This document shows, in pieces, positions 38,740 to 48,648 of a stretch of DNA of 64,000 bases (within the stretch, counting starts at the first letter, position 1; every line of letters begins with the position of its first letter). The stretch comes from Dehalococcoidia bacterium. GTDB lineage: Bacteria; Chloroflexota; Dehalococcoidia; Plut-88900. The stretch covers positions 832,001 to 896,000 of the forward strand of contig CBDBLV010000005.1 of NCBI GenBank assembly GCA_965207225.1, in the 5' to 3' direction. A program made the translations under genes and the position numbers. The notes under the pieces are model-generated. The model ran no database searches, was not told where the DNA came from, and worked only from the letters and a program-made list of their open reading frames with translations.

Positions 38740-39236
38740 ATTGGACCGCTTCATCCCTTTCACCCTCGTCCTCAGTGAAACTCTTCAACCCGTTTCACCG
38801 ATGACGGGACATAGTGCCCCATTTCCCTAGTGGCAGTTGTCCACCTACCCCCGGCCCAACGATGGGGTAACTGGGACATCTTGTGCCTAAGCTCGCACCA
38901 CCACACTGCGACCGACACTTTACTGACATTGCTTGCTACCTAGTTGCAAAATAGCCAATTTTCACCTGATTTGGCTTGGCCACGACGCTATAATTCCCCT
39001 TGGACAGAAATGGATTATCTGTACTACCCCGGACCTTCAAACGGGAACATTGCCATACAGACTTGATTTGAGCAGCGAAAAGCCCGCTCAAGGAAGCACC
39101 ACGGAACCTCCAAAGTAACCACCGCACTGGTAGATTCATGGGTTTGGTCTTGGTGAACTACTCATGAACGTCTCACGGTTCGATATCAGTTGTTGGAGAT
39201 GCCCTCCGCTGGAAGCCGCCATGGAATTGAAACATC

Positions 39237-40934
39237 ATGGAACCGATGGCCCGATACACGCATATTCTGAGGTACGTGGCCTCCATGCCGTTTTTGGACC
39301 GGCTGGAGTTGGCAGCAGTCATGCGCATCGCGGACCGGACGACGCACGAGGCAGTGGCCGACCTCTGCGAGGATGGGTTCTTCAGTTCAATTCGCCACGC
39401 CACTCAGCACACTGCATCCACTCGCAGGCTCTGCATCACTTCTAGGGGCCTGAGATACCTGGCTCGCGAAGATGGTTTCGACGCCTATGAGATGCTTGGT
39501 CGCTATCCAGTTTCAGAACACTGGAAGCGGATTCTCCTACAGCGGCTGGATGCCGTAGCAGTAATTTACCGAGTGGCCTCCTCCCTGGCCTTTGCTGGTG
39601 GCCCCATCCGATTCCGTTGGTACCGCAGATCTCCCTTAGATGCCGCCGTGGTGCTGGAAGACGAGCGCACTATAGGCATCGTAAGGCAGGGATTGACCTC
39701 TGACAGGACCGGATTTTCGAAGAGAGTCTGGCGACTTCTCGATGGTGCAAGGCCCAATTGCCTGCTTGTGATCACACCCGACGAGATGCGCCTCCGAAAT
39801 GCCCGACACCTATTGAGGCGATCCCGGGAACCGGTGTTCCTAACGACGGAAAGAAATGCGGCGCGAGTAACGTCCAAGCTTGGGGTCTGGCATAGGGTTT
39901 CCTCGGACGCCTGGTACGATTTAAGTTCAGCCCTGTCTGACGTATTCCGTGATGGTTTAGTCCCAAGAGAGCAGCCACTCTCGAGGATGGTCGTGCTAAA
40001 CGATCTGGCAACACCCGACAGAAAACAGGATGTTGCCGACCACCTGCTCCCGGCGGTGTTGAAACCGGCGGAGAAGCGCGCTCTTGACGTCATCTACGAC
40101 TGGCCATGGATAACCGCCTCTGAGCTTGCAGCTCTGATGGGAGTCTCCGCTCAACGTATATCGCAGGTCGCCGTCCCACTCATCAATGTCGGCCTAATAT
40201 GTAGAACCCGTATGGAGGGCCAGGACCGACTTGGTCTGACAGATAAGGGACTGGCAGTCCTAGCCAAGCGGGACCGTACATCCGTAGGCAGGCTGCGTAA
40301 GCAGTGGAGCTCGGAGTCCACTGGCGATAGCGAGCCTACAACATGGCGGGAAATACTCGGGAGGCGGAGCAGGCTGTTGGCCAGGAACATGGAGCACACT
40401 GAGGCGGTGCATGACTTCTTGGCCAGCCTTTCGAGGCAGGCAAAGGACAAGGGATACGAGGTGGTTCAAATAGACCCTCCACACCGGGCATCTCGATACT
40501 TCTGGTACAACTACAAGCTCTATTCCATCCATCCTGATGCCTTCGGGATGCTGAGAAGGGGTGAAGAATTGATGCCCTTCTTCCTTGAGTGGGAGAGGAG
40601 GGCGGTGAGGCCTGGGACAATGTCTGCAAGGCTTGCCCCCTACCTGCGGTATTACTCATCACATGCTCCTCTGGACGATCATGGAGTGCTGCCCCTGGTG
40701 CTAATGGTCTTCGACGAACACATGGTGGAGTCTAGGTTCCTTCGGGTGGCGAAGGAAGGGACGGAGAGGATGGGGATAGATGTACCCCTGTGGGTCTCTC
40801 ACAAGGAGGTATTGTTGAAATTGGGGCCGCTGGGCGAGTCGTGGCGCAGCCCGCAATCCTTGGAGCGAGGTGCTTTTCCCGGGAAATCTCGACACCGAGG
40901 AACGACGTTAACCTCTCACCTCCGGGACGCCTAA
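39237..40934 (+). CDS. Replication-relaxation (Replic_Relax) family protein
   Basis: wHTH followed by HTEAVHDF...IHPDAFG...FFLEWER...YLRYY; an apparently degenerate copy of the same module in the N-terminal half. Confidence 0.75.
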   Translation: MEPMARYTHILRYVASMPFLDRLELAAVMRIADRTTHEAVADLCEDGFFSSIRHATQHTASTRRLCITSRGLRYLAREDGFDAYEMLGRYPVSEHWKRILLQRLDAVAVIYRVASSLAFAGGPIRFRWYRRSPLDAAVVLEDERTIGIVRQGLTSDRTGFSKRVWRLLDGARPNCLLVITPDEMRLRNARHLLRRSREPVFLTTERNAARVTSKLGVWHRVSSDAWYDLSSALSDVFRDGLVPREQPLSRMVVLNDLATPDRKQDVADHLLPAVLKPAEKRALDVIYDWPWITASELAALMGVSAQRISQVAVPLINVGLICRTRMEGQDRLGLTDKGLAVLAKRDRTSVGRLRKQWSSESTGDSEPTTWREILGRRSRLLARNMEHTEAVHDFLASLSRQAKDKGYEVVQIDPPHRASRYFWYNYKLYSIHPDAFGMLRRGEELMPFFLEWERRAVRPGTMSARLAPYLRYYSSHAPLDDHGVLPLVLMVFDEHMVESRFLRVAKEGTERMGIDVPLWVSHKEVLLKLGPLGESWRSPQSLERGAFPGKSRHRGTTLTSHLRDA

Positions 40935-40977
40935 TGAGCAGGATCAGCTCAGCCTGCAATAACCGAAAGGAAAGCTC

Positions 40978-41007
40978 TTGACAAGTTATTGTAGAACCTG
41001 ATATACT
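40978..41007 (+). promoter_or_regulatory. Sigma70-type promoter for the STAND operon
   Basis: TTGACA-18 nt-TATACT with extended TG. Confidence 0.65.
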
Positions 41008-41039
41008 GGCCGTATCATACATTCTGTATTTGATTGTCA

Positions 41040-44000
41040 ATGTCTATCATAAACCTGAAATCATTCCGGCAGCGGTTGGGGCTTACCCAGGCTACGGTTG
41101 CCCAGCGGTTGGGGGTTGCTCCCAACACCGTGGCGCGTTGGGAGCGCGGTGAGTTACCGACTCCAGAGTGGGCGGCTCAAATACTTAATGGGATGGCAGA
41201 ACATACACGGTCCGGGACCGCAGTCACTCGTCCTGAAGGCGTAGTCCTGGATCCCCACCACAAGGCGATTCTGGAAGGTCTGCAAGGTCATTTGGACCGA
41301 GACGTATTTGAGTCCTGCGCTGTGGAGCTGGTGCGAAAGGATGAATGGAGGGTGGTACCGGTGTCAGGAGGCGGCGATGACGGTTTCGATGGCGCTGTCG
41401 CCGATCCTGATGGCGAACCATATCCTCTTATTGTCACGACAGGCAAAGATGCTCTAGGCAATTTAAAGAAAAACCTCAAATCCCTACGGCGTAAGGGCTG
41501 GACAGCCGACAAGGCGATATTCGCTACCTCAAGGCGTATTCTCGGGAGCACGCGCCGAAACCTACGGGATGCAGCAAGAGAACTCGGTGTTACGCTCGTG
41601 CAGGCCTATGACCAGCATTGGTTTGCCTATCGCCTCTATGAGAACCCTTCGTGGTGCAAACGTCTGCTGGGTTTAACGGGAAGACCTCGTGCATTGAGCG
41701 TCTTCCCGATCACAAAGCGCCCTGTGCTGGGTGACGCCGTGTTGGGACGAGAGCAAGAGATGCAGTGGCTTATTAACCGGCAGCGAGATTGCTTACTCGT
41801 CGGCGGGCCAGGATCCGGCAAGACCTTCCTGCTCAGGGCGCTTGTAAATCAGGGGCAAGCTTTGTTTCTTGTGGATGATAACCGTGAACAGATAGCCAAC
41901 GATCTCAGGGAGTTGAATCCTCCCGCAGTCATCATTGACGATGCCCATGTTCGCCCCGAGCTCATTGAGAGCTTTATGCAGATTCGCAAGGAGGTGGGGG
42001 CGGAAGATGTGCGAGTCATCGCTACTTGCTGGCCTAGTAATACATCAGATGTTCGCGCCTCGCTGAACCTGACGAATGAAGACGTATACACATTGAATCT
42101 CCTCGACGCTGACACCATTATCGGAATCCTCAAATCCGTGGGACTGGAAGGCCCCGACGCATTGCTGGGAATCATACGTGAACAGTCAGCCGGCAGGCCG
42201 GGGCTAGCCGCTACGCTGGCTCACCTCTGTCTGTCAGGAGATATCAAGCAGGTGGTGAGTGGTGAAGCAGTGCTGAACCAACTTGTAGGGGGCGTTAATC
42301 GTATTCTCGACCTGGATGCCAGGAAGCTGCTCGCACCTTTCGCTCTAGCAGGAGATGCGGGAGCTACTCAGGACGAAGTGGCGATGTATCTCGGAGTCTC
42401 AAGGCTTGAAGTCGCCACCAAGTTAGCGGTGTTGGCTGCCGCCGGAGTTGTACTAGAGAGGCCGCAGCGAGCTAGACCTGATGCATCGCCTCCTATTTCA
42501 GTTGAGCCGGAACCAATGCGGTGGGTGCTCGTAAGGGACGCATTCTTCGGGGGTGTTGGCTCTCTTGATCATCGGCCACTGCTGGACCTGCTTGGCAATC
42601 GCAGGGATGCAGTAGGAACACTTATCGGGGCGCGGTCTAGAGGAGTTGGCATTCCCATCTTGCCCACCCTTTTAGAGGGTGTGGATTCCCCGGAGCTTTG
42701 GTCACGTTACGCCTCCTTGGGACGATCCGAGACGGCGTATGTGATGGATCATAAACCGGAGCTAATTCAAACAATCGCACAGTCCGGCCTAAGGTATTTC
42801 CCGGAGAGGGTGATACCAATGCTTCTGGATAAGGTCCAAAGACGCGATTATGGGTCTCTTATTGAAAACCACGGAGCCTTTAACGAAATCCAGCAATGGG
42901 TGGACGGTGATTCGCCAGCGATCTCGGCTGACGACATCGTGGGTCGGCGCATCGTACTGATTCGAGAGGTCAAACGGTGGTGGAAGGACTCTCAGCGTGA
43001 TCATGTGGCAATTCATGCCATGTGCATGGTGCTGATGCCTGAGACCGAACATATCTCCCCGGATCCCGGATCCGGTTCAAGAATCACAATCGAGCGGTAC
43101 ACATTCTCCAAGCCTGTACTAGAAAGACTCTCTGAGCATTGGCCCTCGGTGCTGGAAGTGATAAGCAACGCTACAGAGGTCCCATGGAACGATCTCTTTC
43201 GATTGATTTCAACATGGCATTACAAGGGACATAGAAGGGGGCAGATTCCGGAAGACTTACACTCCATGAAGAGGGAGTTCGCGAAGCGGATGCTTCTGGA
43301 CATTGCAGCCGCTAGTCGAAACCACCCGGGTGTTCAGAGCAGGATTCAGAGAGAGGCAATCCGCCTAGAGTTCAACCTGGAACTAAACCTCGATCCCGAT
43401 TTCGAAGCCGTATACCCGCATATGCTCACCTACAACACGGAGGAACATGCGAAGCAGGTCAGCCTGCTCGCCGAGCGACTTAACGGTCGATCAATAGAAG
43501 ATGTGGCTGCACTTCTTAAGCGTTTACAAAAGGATGCTAGTCTCGCCGAAATGCAAGCACCAAGCCCGGTGTTGCCTGAAGCCTGCAATTTGCTGGCTGA
43601 ATTGACCAGGGATCCACTATTGGCTGCGACGACATTCATGAACTATCAGCTACCGGATTATGTGGTTCATCCGTTTCTGGCAAGGGCCTCCACTGAGGAT
43701 TGCGCGGGATGGCAGTCTGCGATCCACAAGTGCCTCCAGGGCAATTTCTATGAGCATGTGGCAGTCTCAACCATCATGACACACCCAGAATCGCCTGCAG
43801 ACTTGTTGTCGGAAGCAGTGTCGAGGGCTAGGAGATTATGGGGTAGGCTACGTTGGCTTTTCAACGGAGACCGGATTCCCGATGCAACACTAGAAGCGTT
43901 CCTCAACTCCGACGATCGCGGATTGGCAGCCACCGCCGCCATTGCCTATTGGGTGAGACTGCATGAGCAGGGCATGGACGGACCGGACAGCAGATCTTGG

Positions 44001-44651
44001 AGACAGGCCATCGTAGGAGCCACACTGGATGACATGGACAGTTTTCTGCTCGGTGAACACTGGTTCGGCCTGATCCTGTCCAGCAACGGTGAACTGGCTG
44101 CCGACTGGTTGGTCTCGACGCTCCGCCGTGACCATGAATGGTCCAGCTTAACGAATCTCAACAATACGCAGAAAGAGGTAGTGGAAAGGGCCATAGGGGT
44201 GCTGAACTTGGACCAGCGACGCCGGGTATTGCAAGAACTTCCCTCCGGCCTAGTAATGCCACCCTTCGAAATCGCCAGGATGCTCCTGGGGGATGACATA
44301 GGCCTTTACCGTGAAATGCTGGAATCGAACGAACTTGAAGACTATCATCTTGCACCGCTCTCGGGAGACCCGAACTGGGGCTGGGCTGCGAGAGCAAAGA
44401 TCGCTTTGGAAGCGGGAAAGTCCATTGATGAGATTGTTGATGCAAGCTATAGAACTGGCGGATTCACAGTCTGGGGGGGATCCGAAAGTACGATGTGGCG
44501 CGGAAGGCGGCTGGCCTTCGAAGAACTTAAAAGAACTCATGGTTCCGACCCTGACATTCGGAAGATTGCCCAGCAGGGTATAGAGCTTATGGGTCGGCGC
44601 GAGAAGGGGGCAGAGGAGAGGGAGCACTTAGAGGCTGTATATGGGATCTAA
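41040..44651 (+). CDS. XRE-HTH + Mrr-like nuclease + STAND-type NTPase + helical sensor (Avs-like)
   Basis: LTQATVAQRLGVAPNTVARWERG; FESCAVEL...GGDDGFDG; LGRE...GGPGSGKT...IIDDAH...AGRPGL; ~700-aa helical C-terminus. Confidence 0.78.
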   Translation: MSIINLKSFRQRLGLTQATVAQRLGVAPNTVARWERGELPTPEWAAQILNGMAEHTRSGTAVTRPEGVVLDPHHKAILEGLQGHLDRDVFESCAVELVRKDEWRVVPVSGGGDDGFDGAVADPDGEPYPLIVTTGKDALGNLKKNLKSLRRKGWTADKAIFATSRRILGSTRRNLRDAARELGVTLVQAYDQHWFAYRLYENPSWCKRLLGLTGRPRALSVFPITKRPVLGDAVLGREQEMQWLINRQRDCLLVGGPGSGKTFLLRALVNQGQALFLVDDNREQIANDLRELNPPAVIIDDAHVRPELIESFMQIRKEVGAEDVRVIATCWPSNTSDVRASLNLTNEDVYTLNLLDADTIIGILKSVGLEGPDALLGIIREQSAGRPGLAATLAHLCLSGDIKQVVSGEAVLNQLVGGVNRILDLDARKLLAPFALAGDAGATQDEVAMYLGVSRLEVATKLAVLAAAGVVLERPQRARPDASPPISVEPEPMRWVLVRDAFFGGVGSLDHRPLLDLLGNRRDAVGTLIGARSRGVGIPILPTLLEGVDSPELWSRYASLGRSETAYVMDHKPELIQTIAQSGLRYFPERVIPMLLDKVQRRDYGSLIENHGAFNEIQQWVDGDSPAISADDIVGRRIVLIREVKRWWKDSQRDHVAIHAMCMVLMPETEHISPDPGSGSRITIERYTFSKPVLERLSEHWPSVLEVISNATEVPWNDLFRLISTWHYKGHRRGQIPEDLHSMKREFAKRMLLDIAAASRNHPGVQSRIQREAIRLEFNLELNLDPDFEAVYPHMLTYNTEEHAKQVSLLAERLNGRSIEDVAALLKRLQKDASLAEMQAPSPVLPEACNLLAELTRDPLLAATTFMNYQLPDYVVHPFLARASTEDCAGWQSAIHKCLQGNFYEHVAVSTIMTHPESPADLLSEAVSRARRLWGRLRWLFNGDRIPDATLEAFLNSDDRGLAATAAIAYWVRLHEQGMDGPDSRSWRQAIVGATLDDMDSFLLGEHWFGLILSSNGELAADWLVSTLRRDHEWSSLTNLNNTQKEVVERAIGVLNLDQRRRVLQELPSGLVMPPFEIARMLLGDDIGLYREMLESNELEDYHLAPLSGDPNWGWAARAKIALEAGKSIDEIVDASYRTGGFTVWGGSESTMWRGRRLAFEELKRTHGSDPDIRKIAQQGIELMGRREKGAEEREHLEAVYGI

Positions 44652-44721
44652 GCTCTTCTGAATGGAGATCACATTCTGAAAGCCTAGAGATGTCCACTTG
44701 AAATGAGAACGGAAGTCCACC

Positions 44722-45954
44722 ATGCAACGAATTGTGTATGTACCCACACGCGTTAGGGTGCCTCAAGAATATCTTATTGGCGAGGAGAGCCAGGGACTGA
44801 AGGTGTTCCGTCGCTTGATCCCCCCATTCATTCACGTTGAAATCATCCGACAGGGCACACCCGAATACGATGATCTCACCGTGCAGTCAGTCGCATTTGA
44901 CGCTGGAGAGAATTTCGCCGCCAATGTTATTGAGTACATATCCCGTCTGATTGATGAGCGAATGGGACAAAGCTCGAAGGAGTTCTACACCTCAACGATC
45001 GGCAATGACAATATATTGGACGCGGATGGAAAGAAACTCGGCATCCCGTTGGTTAAGGCAATGATCGCTGAGATGGCTGAAAACCAGGACTCCGATTACA
45101 TCGAAGGGGTGAAGAAGGTTTACCTGATTCATCCTCCACAACTTGAAAGGGAACTCAATAGCCATCTAGTCCCCCTTCTCGTGCCAGCGATCGCTTGTTC
45201 CAGGTCGGAGAGATTGATCAGTGTCGATGTAGGCCAAATGATGCGACAATTCGTGGTCGAACCGTACGCGATGGATCTCACAACACGACCTTCAGCGGAC
45301 CAAAGATGGTTGATTGTTCATATGTACAATCCTGATATGCCCGCCTTGGCCATTGGCGTGGAGGATCAAGGCCCGATGACATTCAAGGAGCCTACGCCAT
45401 TGCTTGCAGATACGGAAGTTGCCGAGGACTGGGCGATAAACCTACTAGGGGACTATCTCCGCGACACCGGGGTAGATGTCCGGGGTGTCTGCCACGAACC
45501 CAATGGACCCAAGACCTATCCGGACTACACAGCACAGCTAGATGGGGTGCCGTGGGATTTCGAGATTACCCGAGTGTTGGGCGACATACTTGAAACGCGC
45601 CACATACTAGACAAACCTCGGAACGCAAGAAATATGATGCACAGGGCAGTTCAGAGTCCTCCATTAGGGGTAGGAGATGTGGAAGCAGCCTTGGAATACG
45701 CGATCAAGAGCAAGGAGCGAAAGCGTAGGGTTGATGGGACGACACGCAGTCTCTGCCTTGTATTGCTCAATCCCTTGGATATGGACCTAAGCACCCGATC
45801 GGCTGCGTGGAAAGGCATGGATCTGAGTGCGTTTGATGCTATTGCCCTAATAAATGGTTATTCACAACCGAGCATAGAATTTATGAAGGGACGATTCCTA
45901 CTAGGCGGGCGATTACCGGACACGGGAGAGGCATCTAATGACGGCGCCGGATAA
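44722..45954 (+). CDS. Hypothetical protein with a C-terminal PD-(D/E)XK-like domain
   Basis: E.WA...HEPNGPKTYPDY......WDFEIT motif. Confidence 0.6.
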   Translation: MQRIVYVPTRVRVPQEYLIGEESQGLKVFRRLIPPFIHVEIIRQGTPEYDDLTVQSVAFDAGENFAANVIEYISRLIDERMGQSSKEFYTSTIGNDNILDADGKKLGIPLVKAMIAEMAENQDSDYIEGVKKVYLIHPPQLERELNSHLVPLLVPAIACSRSERLISVDVGQMMRQFVVEPYAMDLTTRPSADQRWLIVHMYNPDMPALAIGVEDQGPMTFKEPTPLLADTEVAEDWAINLLGDYLRDTGVDVRGVCHEPNGPKTYPDYTAQLDGVPWDFEITRVLGDILETRHILDKPRNARNMMHRAVQSPPLGVGDVEAALEYAIKSKERKRRVDGTTRSLCLVLLNPLDMDLSTRSAAWKGMDLSAFDAIALINGYSQPSIEFMKGRFLLGGRLPDTGEASNDGAG

Positions 45955-46654
45955 CTTCAAGTGCACATCGTGTGAGGGTCATCACGACAAACAAGCGTTC
46001 GTTTCACATGCCGCTGATGACGCCGAGATCGCGGACAAATTGAAGCATGCCTGCTGTGAAGTAGGCGTTGCGCCATACCTATTCGAATTTAGCACCGAGT
46101 CCAGTTCCCTGGGACGCCCAGCCGATGTTCTGGCACAAGCGGTCGCGGCAAGCGCGTTCATCTTCGTTCTGCTTGGCAAATCAGTTTCAGGGGCATTCTG
46201 GACTCAGGCGTGGATAGGATTCGAGGTGGGGATATCTAAGGGAATCGCTATCGAAACAAATATACCCAAGAATGTGGTCGTGCTTCAGGACATACACCAG
46301 GGAATAAAGGTGTCTGTTCCAATGCTTGATGAACTCTTTTTGTTCGACTTCGATTCTGCAGGAGGCTGGCACCAATACAAGGACCTTGTTCTGGTCCTAG
46401 CAAACGTGACTAGCTCCCTTGAGTTCTACAAGGCGGGTAATAGATTCCGGAGCGCAACCCTTTCAGCTCAGGTAAAGTGTGCACAGTGCAAGAATCAATA
46501 CGAAGCTTGGATTGCAAAGGACGATGTTGGCAAACTAGGAAAGGGCTTGAATGCCATCAAGAACACGCCGGAATTACATGCCGAATGCACCATCGAGTGC
46601 CCTTCGTGCGACAAGATGGTGACACGGTACTTCAAACAGATGCTTCATTCATGA
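45938..46654 (+). CDS. TIR-like domain protein with zinc-ribbon motifs
   Basis: AFVSHAADD, FIFVLLG, WIGFEVG (catalytic Glu position); CxxC motifs CTSC, CAQC, CPSC. Confidence 0.7.
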   Translation: MTAPDNFKCTSCEGHHDKQAFVSHAADDAEIADKLKHACCEVGVAPYLFEFSTESSSLGRPADVLAQAVAASAFIFVLLGKSVSGAFWTQAWIGFEVGISKGIAIETNIPKNVVVLQDIHQGIKVSVPMLDELFLFDFDSAGGWHQYKDLVLVLANVTSSLEFYKAGNRFRSATLSAQVKCAQCKNQYEAWIAKDDVGKLGKGLNAIKNTPELHAECTIECPSCDKMVTRYFKQMLHS

Positions 46655-46800
46655 GTGAAATGAAGAAAACTCATGGAGTGATTTGGCCTCGCAAAGCACT
46701 AGGCCAGGAGGAATGAACTTTCTGGCCTACCTGTATTCGTGGAGTATCCTGACTGTTAAAGTTCGTGGTCATCCGCCCCAGATTTGCCGTTCCATCAAAC

Positions 46801-47955
46801 TTATTGTTCGCGGATCAGGTAGTCTGCCCAGAGCTGCATTAGTGTGCGTCTACGCTCAAACAAGTCTGAACGGGCGTATGCCCGCTCGGTGGAATTACCC
46901 AGGCTGTGGGCAAGGGCCGCCTCGGAGACTACCCATGGGGTATCCGTCTGCTCCAGTGTCCAGTTCTTGAAGCTGCTGCGGAATCCGTGGACGGTGGCAC
47001 GTTCAGCCAGCCCGACGGAACGCAGTACCTTCGTCAAAGTCATATCGGACATCGGAGACCCTGCCTTTTGAACCGAAGGGAACAATAGCCCAGAATCGTC
47101 GCGCAGTACTGATGCCTCACCAAGTAGGTCGAGGGTTTGCCTGCTGAGGGGTACCCGGTGTTCCGTTCCAGCCTTCATTCGCCTAGACGGAATCCGCCAT
47201 TCGCGTCCCTGCAGGTTCATCTCGTCCCAGGTTGCACCCCTTGCTTCACCCGAACGTGCAGCTGTCAGGACAAGGAAGCGGAAGCATAGCTTCGTAGCCA
47301 ACGACGCCTGAGACGACTCAACTGTCGCTAGGGCATCCCCAACCGCCTGGTAGGGAAGTGCTCTGAAGTGGGCCTTCACCTTCGGCATGGGAGGCAAGGC
47401 GCCGTCAATCGGCTCCCCAGCCGGGTTGGACTCGACGAAGCCGTGGGCCATGGCCCACCGGAAAATGGCTCTCATGCGCTGACGCACCCGTCGGGCTGTC
47501 TCGGGCCGGGATGACCATATGGGAGTGAGAACACTTAGTACATCTCCCCGCTCTATCCTGTCCAAGGACGTGTGGCCCAACTTCGGCATGGCGTGGCGCT
47601 CCAGGGTCTGAATCCAGCCTGAAGCGTGACGGGGGTTGCGCCACCGGGGCCTATTGGCTTCATGGACAGCGTAAGCGGCTTCCCTGAACGTTGGCATTGC
47701 AGGGGATCGCTTTTCGGCCACTGGGTCTCGACCCTCAGCAATTGCGGCCCTATGATCAACTGCCTTTTCACGAGCCTGGGCGAGGCTGACGGAAGGATAT
47801 CCGCCCAAGCCGATATCGCGTCGGCGTCCATCGACAGTGATGCGTAGAACCCACGATTTCCGACCGGCTTTGCTGATGAAAAGGTGCAGGCCGCCGCCAT
47901 CAGAGTAGCGCCCTGGATCCTTCAGGGCCTTTACCCGAGTTGCAGAGAGGGCCAC
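46801..47955 (-). CDS. P4-like tyrosine integrase
   Basis: Arm domain PGRYSDGGGLHL...IGLGGYPSVSLAQARE; catalytic R (ARSGE), K, HGFR, H, Y. GTG start with GGAGG RBS. Confidence 0.95.
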   Translation of the reverse strand: MALSATRVKALKDPGRYSDGGGLHLFISKAGRKSWVLRITVDGRRRDIGLGGYPSVSLAQAREKAVDHRAAIAEGRDPVAEKRSPAMPTFREAAYAVHEANRPRWRNPRHASGWIQTLERHAMPKLGHTSLDRIERGDVLSVLTPIWSSRPETARRVRQRMRAIFRWAMAHGFVESNPAGEPIDGALPPMPKVKAHFRALPYQAVGDALATVESSQASLATKLCFRFLVLTAARSGEARGATWDEMNLQGREWRIPSRRMKAGTEHRVPLSRQTLDLLGEASVLRDDSGLLFPSVQKAGSPMSDMTLTKVLRSVGLAERATVHGFRSSFKNWTLEQTDTPWVVSEAALAHSLGNSTERAYARSDLFERRRTLMQLWADYLIREQ

Positions 47956-48114
47956 AGATACCTCCAAAAATCCCAAATTGTTCCCACGAATGTTACCACA
48001 GTTGTTGTGGGAACTCAAAAGATTAGGAGGGTGAGAGAAGGTAGACCAAATGGCAATATTAGCTATGGAGCAAGCGTAAAACGAGAAAAAAGAGGATGTC
48101 TAAAAGAGTTGTAG

Positions 48115-48206
48115 TGGCGGAGGGAGTGGGATTCGAACCCACGATCCAGGTCTCCCCAGATAAGCGCTTAGCAGGCGCCCGCACTAGGCCACTATGCGAT
48201 CCCTCC
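48115..48206 (-). tRNA. tRNA-Ser(GCT)
   Basis: GGAGGGA...CT-GCT-AA anticodon loop, long variable arm, GTTCGAATCC, TCCCTCCGCCA. Confidence 0.97.
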
Positions 48207-48207
48207 G

Positions 48208-48648
48208 CTAATGGGAAACGGGCTCTCTCACGGACGGCACACAGCCCTCGACCCACTCGCCCCGCCCGTGCTCGTCCACCTCTTTCTTCCAGATGGGCAC
48301 TTCTTCCTTTATCCGGTCAATGATATACCGACAAGCCTCGAACGCCTCCGCCCGGTGAGGAGTCCCGACCGCAATAATCACGCTCGGCTCCCGAAGCTCC
48401 AGCCGCCCGACCCTGTGGGCCACCGCAATGTCCGGGTTATCCCAGCGCACCAGCGCCTCATCCACGATCTGGGCCATCTTCTTTGCCGCCATCTCCTTGT
48501 ATGCGTCGTACTCCATGTAAGCGAGACGGGTCGGGCCAGTGAAGTCGCGCACCGTGCCCAGGAAGACTGCAAGGCCGCCGTTTTCGTTCTTGTTCACCGC
48601 TGTGATGAACTCGGCGGCGTCGATGGGCTGTTCGGTTATCTTGATCAA
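48208..48648 (-). CDS. moaE: Molybdopterin synthase catalytic subunit
   Basis: FLGTVRD, YDAYKEMA, HRVGRL, HRAEAFEAC, PIWKKE. Confidence 0.95.
   Translation of the reverse strand: MIKITEQPIDAAEFITAVNKNENGGLAVFLGTVRDFTGPTRLAYMEYDAYKEMAAKKMAQIVDEALVRWDNPDIAVAHRVGRLELREPSVIIAVGTPHRAEAFEACRYIIDRIKEEVPIWKKEVDEHGRGEWVEGCVPSVREPVSH

Larger units (their letters stand above)
18755..48132. mobile_element. tRNA-Ser-integrated genomic (defence) island, ~29.4 kb
   Basis: Flanking 20-bp direct repeats, integrase adjacent to the tRNA, Replic_Relax gene, compositional shift, defence cargo. Confidence 0.93.

Noticed and set aside
18755-48132. Prophage
   Set aside because: No capsid, terminase, portal, tail or lysis genes recognised
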